The position numbers were made by a program, and so were the translations under genes. This document shows positions 31,143 to 41,091 of a stretch of DNA of 64,000 nucleotides, piece by piece; the first letter of the stretch is position 1, and every line of letters starts with the position of its first letter. The notes under the pieces are model-generated. The model had not been told where the DNA came from. It saw nothing but the letters and a program-made list of their open reading frames with translations, and did not search any database. The DNA is from an uncultured Spirochaetales bacterium (GTDB lineage Bacteria; UBP6; UBA1177), in NCBI GenBank assembly GCA_902774115.1, contig CACYHH010000001.1:604794-668793 (forward strand), given 5' to 3'.

Positions 31143-32690
31143 TTAAATTTTGAAATCAATGCCCTGTGCCAGCGGAAGCGTTTTGCCCCAGTTGATCGTG
31201 TTGGTCTGACGGCGCATATAGACTTTCCAAGCATCGCTGCCCGATTCTCTTCCGCCGCCCGTCTCTTTCTCGCCGCCGAATGCGCCGCCGATCTCAGCAC
31301 CGCTCGTTCCGATGTTGACATTCGCGATACCGCAGTCCGAACCTGCGTGTGAAAGCCAGAGTTCAGTGTTGGGAAGCGATGTCGAGAAGAGTGCCGAGCT
31401 GAGTCCCTGCGGAACTTCGTTGTTGTAGAGAATAGCGTCTTCGATCTTATCGAATTCGATTATGTAAAGAAGCGGAGCGAACGTTTCGTGCATAACGATC
31501 GGAAGGTCATGTTTTACTTCTGCGATCGTCGGCTCAACGTAGAAACCGCCTTCGCAGCCTTTAACTGTGACTTTCTTGCCGCCGTAAAGGATTTTGCCGC
31601 CCTGAGCCTTTACCTGTCTGATCGATTCCATAAGGTCGTTTACAGTCTGTTCGTCTACAACAGGTCCCATGATGTTGTCATCGTCAAGCGGGTTGCCGAT
31701 TTTGACCTGTTTGTATGCATTGATGAGCGATTTTACGAATTTCGCCTTGACCGATTTCTGGATGATTACTCTTCTTGTCGTGGTGCATCTCTGGCCTGCC
31801 GTGCCGACAGAACCGAAAACTACAGCTCTGAGAGCCATATCAAGGTCAGCCGTTTCGTCGATAACGACTGCGTTGTTGCCGCCGAGCTCAAGAAGCGATC
31901 TGCCGAATCTCTTTGCAACAGCTTCGCCGATCTGACGACCCATCTTCGTGCTGCCGGTCATGCTGATAAGCGGAATGCGCGGGTCGTTTACGAGCGTGTC
32001 ACCGACATCGCTGCCTTTGCCGATAACGAGCGAGAAAATGCCGTCGATATCGTATTTGTCAACGATCGGAGCGATGATGTTCTGAACTGCGATTGCGGTA
32101 AGAGGAGTCTTTGAACTCGGTTTCCAGATTACAGCGTCGCCGCATACAGCTGCAAGAAGAGAGTTCCACGACCATACTGCTACCGGGAAGTTGTAAGCGG
32201 TGATAACGCCGACAACACCGAGCGGATGATACTGGTCGTACATTCTGTGGTTTTCTCTTTCGCTGTGCATCGTGTAGCCGTAAAGCTGACGGCTGAGGCC
32301 GAGTGCGAAATCGGAAACGTCGATCATTTCCTGAACTTCGCCTTTTCCTTCGACTGCGATCTTACCCATTTCGAGAGTTACAAGCGCGCCAAGGTCGCTT
32401 TTGTACTTTCTGAGAGCGTCACCGATCTCACGAACGATAAGTCCGCGTTTCGGAGCAGGCATCATTTTGAATTTTTCGAATGCCTCTTTCGCCTTTGCAG
32501 CAACGGTCTCATACTCTTTTTTCGTTGCCTGAACGACAGTTGCAATCACTTTGCCGTCGATCGGGGAAATGCTGTCAAGCTCTTTCCCCGTCGTTTTGAG
32601 CCAACCTTTCGAAGAACCGGTCGTTGCACCGTAGTTTTTCTTCTTGATTCCAAGCCTTTTCAAAAGTTCCTGAACGTTAACTGATTTCAT
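31143..32690 (-). CDS. aldehyde dehydrogenase family protein (ALDH7 / aminoadipate-semialdehyde dehydrogenase-like)
   Basis: ALDH motifs LELGGNNA and GTAGQRCTTTRR. The N-terminus resembles antiquitin-type enzymes. Lies 16 nt upstream of pruA. Confidence 0.7.
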   Translation of the reverse strand: MKSVNVQELLKRLGIKKKNYGATTGSSKGWLKTTGKELDSISPIDGKVIATVVQATKKEYETVAAKAKEAFEKFKMMPAPKRGLIVREIGDALRKYKSDLGALVTLEMGKIAVEGKGEVQEMIDVSDFALGLSRQLYGYTMHSERENHRMYDQYHPLGVVGVITAYNFPVAVWSWNSLLAAVCGDAVIWKPSSKTPLTAIAVQNIIAPIVDKYDIDGIFSLVIGKGSDVGDTLVNDPRIPLISMTGSTKMGRQIGEAVAKRFGRSLLELGGNNAVVIDETADLDMALRAVVFGSVGTAGQRCTTTRRVIIQKSVKAKFVKSLINAYKQVKIGNPLDDDNIMGPVVDEQTVNDLMESIRQVKAQGGKILYGGKKVTVKGCEGGFYVEPTIAEVKHDLPIVMHETFAPLLYIIEFDKIEDAILYNNEVPQGLSSALFSTSLPNTELWLSHAGSDCGIANVNIGTSGAEIGGAFGGEKETGGGRESGSDAWKVYMRRQTNTINWGKTLPLAQGIDFKI

Positions 32691-32822
32691 GTTTCCCCCT
32701 TGCGAAACCGCAAAAAAATTGTCATTAAAAACAAAAAAACGATGCTGAGTAACACAAAATGAAAGAAAAGTAAAATTGTTAGAGGTTATTAAACAGATTT
32801 TTTAGAAGTTTTTTTGGAAAAT

Positions 32823-35800
32823 TTAGAAGATTTTTTTTCTGAGGAGAGCAAAACCGAGCATTGCAGCTGCCGAAAGAACTGCCGCAATGACGATTATGTT
32901 CGTGTTGTCTGACTCGACTTCAAGAACAGCGCAGCCGCCGCTTTTCTTCTTTGCAGTTTCGCAGCTGGAATCACCTTCCTTGCATTCGTAAGCGAACACT
33001 TTGGAATTAAGCGGAACCTCATATACGGTTGCCGAGGTGTCTTCAAGCGAGATTCCGCCTTTCGGAACAATGATTTTGCCGTACATTGCAGGATCAGCCT
33101 GAACCATGTTGAAATCGACTTTGACGACAATATATTTTTCTTCGTCAGCAATATAGGTCAACGGCTGCGAGAAATCACCGGATTCAAACGCGATAGCCGA
33201 GGATTCGCCCGATTCGAAACTTGTTTTTTCGGCAATTTTGATATCGCCGGTTCCGTCGTTGTTGGTGTCAAGCCAGAGCGAAATGCCTGTGATACCGTTC
33301 TTTTCGCCGAATTTTACCGAGCCGTTCGAAACTTTGAATTTAAATTTATTGATCGCGTTATTCTTCCCTATCGACTTCGTCTTGATCTGCATAACCGGAA
33401 TGTTTTTGTTCATCTCGGAAATCGCAGGAACAGCCGGATCGTGCGGACCGCTCGTAAAGATGAAATAATCTCCCGTCGGCTCAAGATAGAATGTTGCAAA
33501 TTCAAAACCGTCATCACCTTCAACAATCTCAGCCTGACCGTTGCTGCTTATCTTTACAGCGCTCGACTGGAGATAGAAATTGAATCCGGTATTTACCGGA
33601 ACATCCTTATCCTTATAATTTACCTTTGCACGGATAATAAAGTAGTTAAGCGATTTTCCGATATATTTCTTTGCGTTTCCCTGAAGCGACATATAAACGT
33701 AATTTACGTTCTGAGTCGTAAGATCCGGGTTGCTTACAACGGAATCAATAAGTTCGTCATAAACACCGTTTCCGTCGACATCCCAAACCAATTCGAAATC
33801 GGAGAACTCGAACTTGGAATTGTTTCTCGTGTTGAAGTGAACGCGGATATCGTTGAAATTGAACACTTTTTCTTCATCACAGCCGGAAGCCTGAAGAGTG
33901 AACTGACCGAGAACAAGAGGCTGGCCGCCGTTGTCTTTCGGAATGATGATCGTATTTTCCGACTGAGGAGTGTTTTTGCCGAGAGCAAGCGTTACTTTTG
34001 CATCGCTGCACATACTTTCAGGATTGTCGACACATTTGAAGTTTTCGCAGAGATATCCCGTCGGGCAGTCAGGAAGTCCTTCGCCGCACTCACGGTTGTC
34101 TTTTACGCCGCCGCACATTTCGGCAGTCGGTGAAGAACATTCGTCGTCAGGAACACAGCTTCCCGGTTTAAGTTTAAGCGGATAGGAAGTATTGGTTTTG
34201 TACGGAATTTCGCTCTTTGCGTCCTTGATTTCAGCAATATTCGAGAATACATAGTTCTTTGCAATTCCGGTTTTAGGACGGACTTTGTATCTTACAAGAA
34301 TTTTGTCCGGGCAGGAATTTTTGTCGCACGGAGACATTTTATCTGCAAGTTTGAAACCGCTGCCTGAAAGCGGGAATTTCTTGTTGCCTTCACCGTCTTT
34401 GTCTTTAATGATTTCCCAGTTGGTTCCGTCACCTTTTTCGTTGAACTGGGTTGCGTATTCGGTCGTTCCAGGAACGTAGTCAAGCTGTGCGTCAAGCTCA
34501 TCGGAAATAGAAACGGCTTTGGTTTCGTCCTTTCCCCAGTTCTGAACTTTTACCAGATAGTAGAATTCTTTGCTTCTGTTTACATAAGGACAGTAGTAAT
34601 TTTCCGCTTGCGGATCGGAAGCAGGACATGCGCAGAAATACTTTTCGTCTTCGTCAGGAATATCGAAGTCGGAACCTTTGATGTCAACCGAAAGAACCAT
34701 GTAGTTCGTGAAAATAGCATCCTGGTTGACCGAAAGTTTGATATTCATCAAAGTGTTTCCCTTTTCGAGATGCTCCTGAAGATTGATCTCCTTTTCGCTG
34801 TCAAGAAGGAAGGTATCAACGTCGATACCGTAATTGTACTGCGTGCCGGAGTCGGTATCTTTCTGTCCGCCCTCGATACACTGGATCTGGTCGTCGCCTT
34901 CAGCATTCGGATCCCAGCTTATGATGGAGGATTTTGAATTGTAAACTTCGACATACGTGCTTGTTATCGGGTTGCACTTGTTGTTGATCTTGTAAGTTCC
35001 GTTGAGGTAGAGACCTTCAGGCGGAAGCACCGGATTGGTAAGACTCGGGTCACCTTCGGCAATCATTGTCGTAAGACGGACAGCCGGATTGAGCGGAAGT
35101 TCGAAACCGCTTACTTCTGCAACAGATTCAACACCGTAAACAAATGCGAGACCGTTGTAGAAATAGATCTTTTTCGGTCTGATGTTCTTCGATCTGTAGA
35201 TGAAGAAAATCGACCATGCGCTGACCATCGTCGTTTTGCATTTGTAAGCATCGTGATCTGTGCATTCGAGATCGCTGAAAGTATAGGTTCCGTAATATTC
35301 ACCCGTACCTTCCTGATGTCCGGCAGTCTTGTTGATTTCGTAAATTTCCTTAAAGAAGTCGGTTACATCGACACGATACGTGAAGTAGCCGATTTCGAAA
35401 TCGGAAGCCGGAGTACCCTCTGAAGTCTCCGAACAGCCGAGCTGTACATCGTCTTTGAATTTGATTCCTTCGAAATCGAAAGAAGGAGCCGCAGTAAGTT
35501 TTTTGCCGTTTTCGCCAGCTTGTATGTCAGCGGCGTATTCTACATTCGAATCGGCAGTCTGAGTGAAAGCAAGATGGACTTTGTTGTCCGTCGGATCGTT
35601 CAACTTTTCAGGATCGACAGCACCCATCCAGACAAGGTAAGCCTTTTCGATGATAGCATCTTCCGGGATGTGGAATTTGTTAAGAGTGAATGAACTTTTA
35701 TCAACACAGGTGTCGCCTTGAGGGTTCTCGACTTTAAGACATTCACCGGTCGTCTCGTCTTTCTTTACACAAGTTTCGTCTGCAAGGATAATTTTGTCGT

Positions 35801-36074
35801 CGATGTTTGAATTGAACATAACGAAGAAATCCTGGCCGCCGTCTTCCCAGCTCATTGCCGGATCGCCGCCGATCATGTGACCTTTGCCGTTGTCTACAGC
35901 GGGTTCTTCACTGTCAGGAACTTCACTGTCCGGAGTTTCCGCATCCTGATCTGCCGGGTCAACGACATCCTGATCTGCCGGGTCAGTAACATCCTGATCC
36001 GGTTCTTCCTGGGCAAAAGCCAGAAAAAAAGCAAAAATAATGGAAAAAAGCACTAAAAATTTTGTGTTTTTCAT
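32823..36074 (-). CDS. 1083-aa secreted adhesin-like protein with DUF11-like repeat and tripartite Cys-containing C-terminal sorting-type signal
   Basis: Signal peptide present, then acidic PADQDV repeats. DUF11-like segment YYLVKVQNWGKDETKAVSISDELDAQLDYVPG. C-terminus is KKKSGGCAVLEV, a TM helix, then RKKIF. Confidence 0.7.
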   Translation of the reverse strand: MKNTKFLVLFSIIFAFFLAFAQEEPDQDVTDPADQDVVDPADQDAETPDSEVPDSEEPAVDNGKGHMIGGDPAMSWEDGGQDFFVMFNSNIDDKIILADETCVKKDETTGECLKVENPQGDTCVDKSSFTLNKFHIPEDAIIEKAYLVWMGAVDPEKLNDPTDNKVHLAFTQTADSNVEYAADIQAGENGKKLTAAPSFDFEGIKFKDDVQLGCSETSEGTPASDFEIGYFTYRVDVTDFFKEIYEINKTAGHQEGTGEYYGTYTFSDLECTDHDAYKCKTTMVSAWSIFFIYRSKNIRPKKIYFYNGLAFVYGVESVAEVSGFELPLNPAVRLTTMIAEGDPSLTNPVLPPEGLYLNGTYKINNKCNPITSTYVEVYNSKSSIISWDPNAEGDDQIQCIEGGQKDTDSGTQYNYGIDVDTFLLDSEKEINLQEHLEKGNTLMNIKLSVNQDAIFTNYMVLSVDIKGSDFDIPDEDEKYFCACPASDPQAENYYCPYVNRSKEFYYLVKVQNWGKDETKAVSISDELDAQLDYVPGTTEYATQFNEKGDGTNWEIIKDKDGEGNKKFPLSGSGFKLADKMSPCDKNSCPDKILVRYKVRPKTGIAKNYVFSNIAEIKDAKSEIPYKTNTSYPLKLKPGSCVPDDECSSPTAEMCGGVKDNRECGEGLPDCPTGYLCENFKCVDNPESMCSDAKVTLALGKNTPQSENTIIIPKDNGGQPLVLGQFTLQASGCDEEKVFNFNDIRVHFNTRNNSKFEFSDFELVWDVDGNGVYDELIDSVVSNPDLTTQNVNYVYMSLQGNAKKYIGKSLNYFIIRAKVNYKDKDVPVNTGFNFYLQSSAVKISSNGQAEIVEGDDGFEFATFYLEPTGDYFIFTSGPHDPAVPAISEMNKNIPVMQIKTKSIGKNNAINKFKFKVSNGSVKFGEKNGITGISLWLDTNNDGTGDIKIAEKTSFESGESSAIAFESGDFSQPLTYIADEEKYIVVKVDFNMVQADPAMYGKIIVPKGGISLEDTSATVYEVPLNSKVFAYECKEGDSSCETAKKKSGGCAVLEVESDNTNIIVIAAVLSAAAMLGFALLRKKIF

Positions 36075-36254
36075 AATCCCTCCAAATTTAAAAAAATCAA
36101 CGTACCGAAATCACTTCGATCAAAATTGGATTATCTTATATAAAATCAATTAAAAATCAATTTTAATTTTACGGCGCAGACCGGCGGTAAAATTGGATTT
36201 TTTTCCAAAAAAGATCACAATTACCGGCAATTTTTGATTTTTCGGAGGTTTTGT

Positions 36255-37508
36255 ATGAAAAAATTTCTGCTTTTTACTATTTTGATTTTCCCGTTCATCT
36301 TCGTTTCTTGCGGCGGCAGCAATGACAAGAACAACGAAATTCCCGACGAAGATTTCTCAGATACCGGCACCCAGAATACAGAAACGGCGGACACTGGTTC
36401 CGGTTCCGGCGATACGGAATCTCAGGACGACGGAGATACCCTTCCCGGCAGCGACACGCCCGAAAACCCGGACAGCGAACCGGAAGAGCCTGAAAAAAAC
36501 GCTGAAGGATGCTATGTTTTCACAGTTGACAGCGCGACTTTCGGCAAAGTTTACAAAAACACCTACTACGGCGACGTCAAAGACAACATTTTAGGCGATG
36601 CGACCGAGCGCGACGTCTTCGGCATCGACCTCTTCCAAACCTTTGACGGTACGTCTATCCCCGGAACTTACGACTTGAGCGGCGGCACGAACAAAAGCTA
36701 CCTTGACTGCACCGAATGCGTCAGGGTCTGGCAGGATCACGACAACAAAAACAAAGTCAGAATATTTTTTCAGGAGAGCGGAGAACTCGTTATCGATGAA
36801 GTCGACCTGAACAATGAAATCAAGGGAACCCTCACAGCTAAACTCATTGAAGTCACTGTCGATCCCGACACGAGAGAAGCTGCTCCGGTAGAAGGCGGCG
36901 AGTGCATCGCAATCGAAAACTGGGCTTTTGACACCGGAATCTGCGTTCCCGACTGTATAGGCAAAGTCTGCGGTCCTGACGGATGCGGCGGAACCTGCGG
37001 CGAAGGATGCAACGGCGACCTCACCTGCTCGGAAGACCAGAAATCGTGCGTTCCGTTTGAATGTTACGAAATAACTCTCGGTCAGGTCGAATTACTCAAT
37101 GATTACGACACATATTACTACGAGGCTTATGCGACCGGCAGAAGCGCGGGCAGCACTGATTTCGACGACATTTTCAATCTTTACTTCTATGATGAAGACG
37201 GCAACTCCGCCGAAACGCTCGCTTCCGGAGTCGTAAATCTTGGTTCAGGACTTAACGCCGAATATGCAACCTGCACCGAATGCATACTCTTCTATGAAGA
37301 TATCAATGAAGATGAAGAATATCAGAAAACATACTTTCCCCAGAGCGGAGAACTCGTTTTCGAAGAGGTCAAGGAAGGAACTTTTGAATCCAGAGGTCAC
37401 GGTCACTTCAGACTTGTCGAAGTTGACGAATTCGACAATTTCAAGCCTGTTCCGAACGGAAAATGCTACGAAGTGAAAAACCTTGAATGGAATACAATCC
37501 AGCCTTAG
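36255..37508 (+). CDS. paralogous surface lipoprotein 1 (two modules, one Cys knot)
   Basis: GGAGG RBS and lipobox FVSCGG, then an acidic linker. Cys knot CVPDCIGKVCGPDGCGGTCGEGC. Landmarks YFQESGELV / YFPQSGELVF. Confidence 0.75.
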   Translation: MKKFLLFTILIFPFIFVSCGGSNDKNNEIPDEDFSDTGTQNTETADTGSGSGDTESQDDGDTLPGSDTPENPDSEPEEPEKNAEGCYVFTVDSATFGKVYKNTYYGDVKDNILGDATERDVFGIDLFQTFDGTSIPGTYDLSGGTNKSYLDCTECVRVWQDHDNKNKVRIFFQESGELVIDEVDLNNEIKGTLTAKLIEVTVDPDTREAAPVEGGECIAIENWAFDTGICVPDCIGKVCGPDGCGGTCGEGCNGDLTCSEDQKSCVPFECYEITLGQVELLNDYDTYYYEAYATGRSAGSTDFDDIFNLYFYDEDGNSAETLASGVVNLGSGLNAEYATCTECILFYEDINEDEEYQKTYFPQSGELVFEEVKEGTFESRGHGHFRLVEVDEFDNFKPVPNGKCYEVKNLEWNTIQP

Positions 37509-37605
37509 TTTCCGCAGCAGATGCACCGGAATAAAAAACTTTCTTAAAATAAAAATCTCACTATAATATTCTGTTTTGTTCATTAACTTTTTATGGAGAT
37601 CAAAC

Positions 37606-39363
37606 ATGAAAAAACTTTTTGTTTCGGCATTTGCAATTTTTGCATGCCTGCTTTCCTTCAACCTTTTCGCTGACAGCGGGTGTACCGGTATTTCCATCGA
37701 AAATATCGACTACGACGGTTCTAAACTTGTCAGCACGGATGTGACCGGTCTGGTTCTTGCAGACGGCGAGTCCGTCCAGTTCAGAATTGAATTTTATGCA
37801 GACGAACTCACAGCCGGTTCTTACGACCTTGGTTCGGGAAAAAACGCCAACTACAAAACCTGTGACGAATGTGCCCGCCTTTATCACATTAACGCGGCAG
37901 GTGACGGTCTTGTCACACAGTATTTTCAGGAAAGCGGAACGCTTGAACTTTCCTATGTTGACACCGAGGGCGCTTCAAACGGCGTCATTTCGGCGAAACT
38001 TGTTGAAGTAACAATCGACAGCAGCAACGGTTATCAGTCAACACCGGTTGAGAACGGAAAATGTGTAGAAATTGAAACTGCTGCATGGGAAACGGCTTGC
38101 ATTCCTCAGTGTGAAGGCAAAGCATGCGGCAACGACGGCTGCGGCGGATCATGCGGAACATGCGACGGTCAGGCATGCGGAGCTGATTTCCAGTGCGTTG
38201 CATTCAACTGCTCGGAACTTTCGATAGGCGAATTCGAGCTGGTAGTCGAAAATTCCTATTATGGAAATTATTACTACTATGATGCTTACACAACGGGCAA
38301 CGGAATCGGCAGCGCTTCTGTTCCGGATCTGTTCGAAATCAACTTTAGGGCAGAAGAACTTACAACCGGTATAGTTGACCTCACCGGCGACAAAGAAAAT
38401 ATAGGCGATGCTTATGTAATTCTGTATGAAGACTATGATACAGAAAATTATTCCGCAGCAAAATACTATTTCCAGGAAAGCGGTTCTCTTAATTTCACCG
38501 AAGTTAAGGAAGGAACTTTTGAATCAAAAGGAACCGGTTCTGTAAGACTTGTCGAAGTCGATGCGGATATAGTTCCGGTAGCAGGCGGAAAATGCTACAC
38601 AGTTAACAGCTTTGCATGGGATACCGTTTGTGTTCCGAACTGCGAAGGCAAACAGTGCGGCTCGGACGGTTGCGGCGGAACCTGCGGCGCAGGCTGCAGC
38701 GCTGACCAGACCTGCAATGCAGAATTCCAGTGTGTTGCTGACAGCTGCACGACCATCACTCTTGACAAAGCAAACGTCACTTTCGATGACTACTATATGA
38801 CTTACGAAATGCCCTACACACCGAACAGCGGCGGTGAATATGATATGTTTTCACTTCAGCTTTTCTATGTTGATCCTGTAATCGGAACACACGAACTTGC
38901 AGGAACGAATTATTCCGATGAAACTGGAATTTTCATTTTCGTTTACGACGAAACCGACAGCGAAGAGTACAAAATTTACTTCCAGAAAAAAGGACAGGTA
39001 AAAATCTCCGCTTATGACGAAGAGACAGGAAATATCACCGCAGAACTTAAAGATGTAAAACTGGAACAAGTTACTATAAACGAGAACGATTACTCGACTA
39101 CACCTGTTGCAGGCGGAAAATGCTACAACGTCAAAGATGTTAAATTCTCTTATCCCGCAAGTGATACAGACGATGATCCGGCTGACACCGGCGACACTGA
39201 AGTTCCCGGCGATGATACCAGCGATACCGGCAGTGCTCCTTCTGACGGCGACACAGACACGACTCCGGCTGACGGCGATGAAGAACCGGCTGACGGCGAT
39301 GAAGAACCGGCTCCGACTAAGGAAAGTAAAAAATCCAGCGGCTGCTCGGTCGTAACACTCTAA
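37606..39363 (+). CDS. paralogous surface protein 2 (three modules, two Cys knots, acidic tail, Cys tail)
   Basis: Signal peptide present. Cys knots CIPQCEGKACGNDGCGGSCGTC and CVPNCEGKQCGSDGCGGTCGAGC. Ends KKSSGCSVVTL. Confidence 0.75.
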   Translation: MKKLFVSAFAIFACLLSFNLFADSGCTGISIENIDYDGSKLVSTDVTGLVLADGESVQFRIEFYADELTAGSYDLGSGKNANYKTCDECARLYHINAAGDGLVTQYFQESGTLELSYVDTEGASNGVISAKLVEVTIDSSNGYQSTPVENGKCVEIETAAWETACIPQCEGKACGNDGCGGSCGTCDGQACGADFQCVAFNCSELSIGEFELVVENSYYGNYYYYDAYTTGNGIGSASVPDLFEINFRAEELTTGIVDLTGDKENIGDAYVILYEDYDTENYSAAKYYFQESGSLNFTEVKEGTFESKGTGSVRLVEVDADIVPVAGGKCYTVNSFAWDTVCVPNCEGKQCGSDGCGGTCGAGCSADQTCNAEFQCVADSCTTITLDKANVTFDDYYMTYEMPYTPNSGGEYDMFSLQLFYVDPVIGTHELAGTNYSDETGIFIFVYDETDSEEYKIYFQKKGQVKISAYDEETGNITAELKDVKLEQVTINENDYSTTPVAGGKCYNVKDVKFSYPASDTDDDPADTGDTEVPGDDTSDTGSAPSDGDTDTTPADGDEEPADGDEEPAPTKESKKSSGCSVVTL

Positions 39364-39389
39364 TTGTTACAATCACCTTCAGGTTTTCA

Positions 39390-39413
39390 GGGCGCTTCGG
39401 CGCCCTTTTTTTT
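39390..39413 (+). terminator. Rho-independent terminator
   Basis: GGGCGC TTCG GCGCCC followed by T8. Confidence 0.85.
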
Positions 39414-39509
39414 GCCCTTCACTTTCATTTCCACAAAATTTGATTTAACTCTTTCTTTTACTAAAATATTGCGCTTTTTTGTTTATCAACATTTTTTGGG
39501 AGTTATATA

Positions 39510-40916
39510 ATGAAAAAGTTTTTCACGATCGCGCTTGCGCTTATCGCAGCACTCATGCTTACCGCGTGCAGCGGCAAAAATCTTGATGAGCTGATCGAGG
39601 TTCCGGACACGGATGATACCGCTGATTCTTCCGAAACATCGGATCAGAACGACACTGACCAGAACGGCGATACGAACGCCGATCCTACTGAACAGACAGA
39701 TAACACTGACACGGCTGACACAACAGATCCTACTGAACAGACTGATAACACTGACACAGCTGACACAACAGATCCGACTGACAACCCGACAACCGAACCT
39801 ACAGATGAACCGACTGGTGAGCCTACTGAGCCGACTACAGATCCGACTGATCCGACTACAGATCCTACCGATCCGACCACAGATCCAACCGACCCGACTA
39901 CAGATCCGACTGATCCGACTACAGATCCTACCGAGCCGACCACAGATCCGACTGAGCCGACTACAGATCCTACCGAGCCGACTACAGATCCTACTGATCC
40001 GACCACAGATCCGACTGAGCCGACTACAGATCCTACTGAGCCGACATCAGACTGTGTCGGAATTTCAATCGACTGGGATACTTTTGTCCTTTACGAAGGT
40101 GCCTTCGATGCCGACATAACGATGGGAAATCCTGATAAAATCGATGATTTAACGATTGAGTTCCATCAGTATGACAATGACAAAGTCAATACCGGAACCT
40201 ATAATCTTGGCAACGGTGCGAACGCGAACTACAAAACCTGCACCGAATGCGTCAGCGTCGCACAGGACTGCACACTGCTTGACGGATTCTACCTTGATGA
40301 GTGCACCTATTACTTCCAGGAAAGCGGAACTCTGACCGTCTCCGAAGTTGACCTTGATGGCAATATCAAAGGCTCCATTTCGGCAAAACTCAGAGAAGCG
40401 CACGAATCAGGCTATGCCGAAGACTACACTTTGATTACTGACCCAAACGGTGCCTGCGTTGAAATCGAAGCAGGATTCTTCGAAAGCACGAAAGACTGCC
40501 TTGAACTCGAACTCGATACTGATAATGTAACTTTCGGTAAGAACGGCAGCAGACTCAATTACTCGATGACTTACGACAAAAAGACCGGAAACTATTTCGA
40601 AAATGACATATTCCGTATGCAGCTTTACAATCTCGGTGACGGAGTTCTCGGAGAACACAGCCTCGCAGGAACGAATTTCGGCGATGCAAGCGGTATTTTC
40701 TTTGTAATTTACGAAGATATGGGCGAAACATACTTCTTCCAGAAATCGGGAAGCGTCAATGTCACGAGCTACAACTCATCCGACAACAAAATCTCGGCTG
40801 AACTTCACGACTTAGTGCTCGAGGAAGTCACAATACAAAGCGGCACTCAGACATCGGCAAAAGTTCCTTACGGCAGATGCCTTAAAATCAAAAACAACAC
40901 GACAATCACTTACTAA
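39510..40916 (+). CDS. paralogous surface lipoprotein 3 (PT-repeat linker, two modules)
   Basis: Lipobox LTACSG. Ten TDPT(D/E)PT units. Module landmarks GTYNLGNGANANYKTCTEC, YFQESGTLTV and YFFQKSGSV. Confidence 0.75.
   Translation: MKKFFTIALALIAALMLTACSGKNLDELIEVPDTDDTADSSETSDQNDTDQNGDTNADPTEQTDNTDTADTTDPTEQTDNTDTADTTDPTDNPTTEPTDEPTGEPTEPTTDPTDPTTDPTDPTTDPTDPTTDPTDPTTDPTEPTTDPTEPTTDPTEPTTDPTDPTTDPTEPTTDPTEPTSDCVGISIDWDTFVLYEGAFDADITMGNPDKIDDLTIEFHQYDNDKVNTGTYNLGNGANANYKTCTECVSVAQDCTLLDGFYLDECTYYFQESGTLTVSEVDLDGNIKGSISAKLREAHESGYAEDYTLITDPNGACVEIEAGFFESTKDCLELELDTDNVTFGKNGSRLNYSMTYDKKTGNYFENDIFRMQLYNLGDGVLGEHSLAGTNFGDASGIFFVIYEDMGETYFFQKSGSVNVTSYNSSDNKISAELHDLVLEEVTIQSGTQTSAKVPYGRCLKIKNNTTITY
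39819..40046 (+). repeat. in-frame 21-bp tandem repeat (about 10 units, TDPT[DE]PT)
   Basis: Unit ACAGATCC(G/T)AC(T/C)GA(T/G)CCGAC(T/C), repeated head to tail from about 39837. Confidence 0.9.
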
Positions 40917-41091
40917 TAGCAGCTCGCCGCAAACGGGATGCGTCAGAACGCGTCTCTAAGAAATTTGATTTAATTTCCGGCATATTAAATTATGGTATTT
41001 ATTTTTAAAATATTATGAGTATAATATAGTGTTTTTGATTATTGGAATTTGTTATAAGAAAGTTTTTAACTACCTAATTCAGGAGAGAAAA

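Noticed and set aside
39644-40006. 120-aa minus-strand ORF (MVGSVGSVVGSVGS...), and the similar ORFs 39613-40119(+), 41216-41782(+), 41268-41726(-), 42347-42919(-), 42442-42894(-).
   Set aside because: They are alternative-frame or antisense readings of the 18/21-bp tandem repeats. They have no RBS or independent start context, and the lipoprotein frame is supported by lipoboxes and conserved downstream modules.
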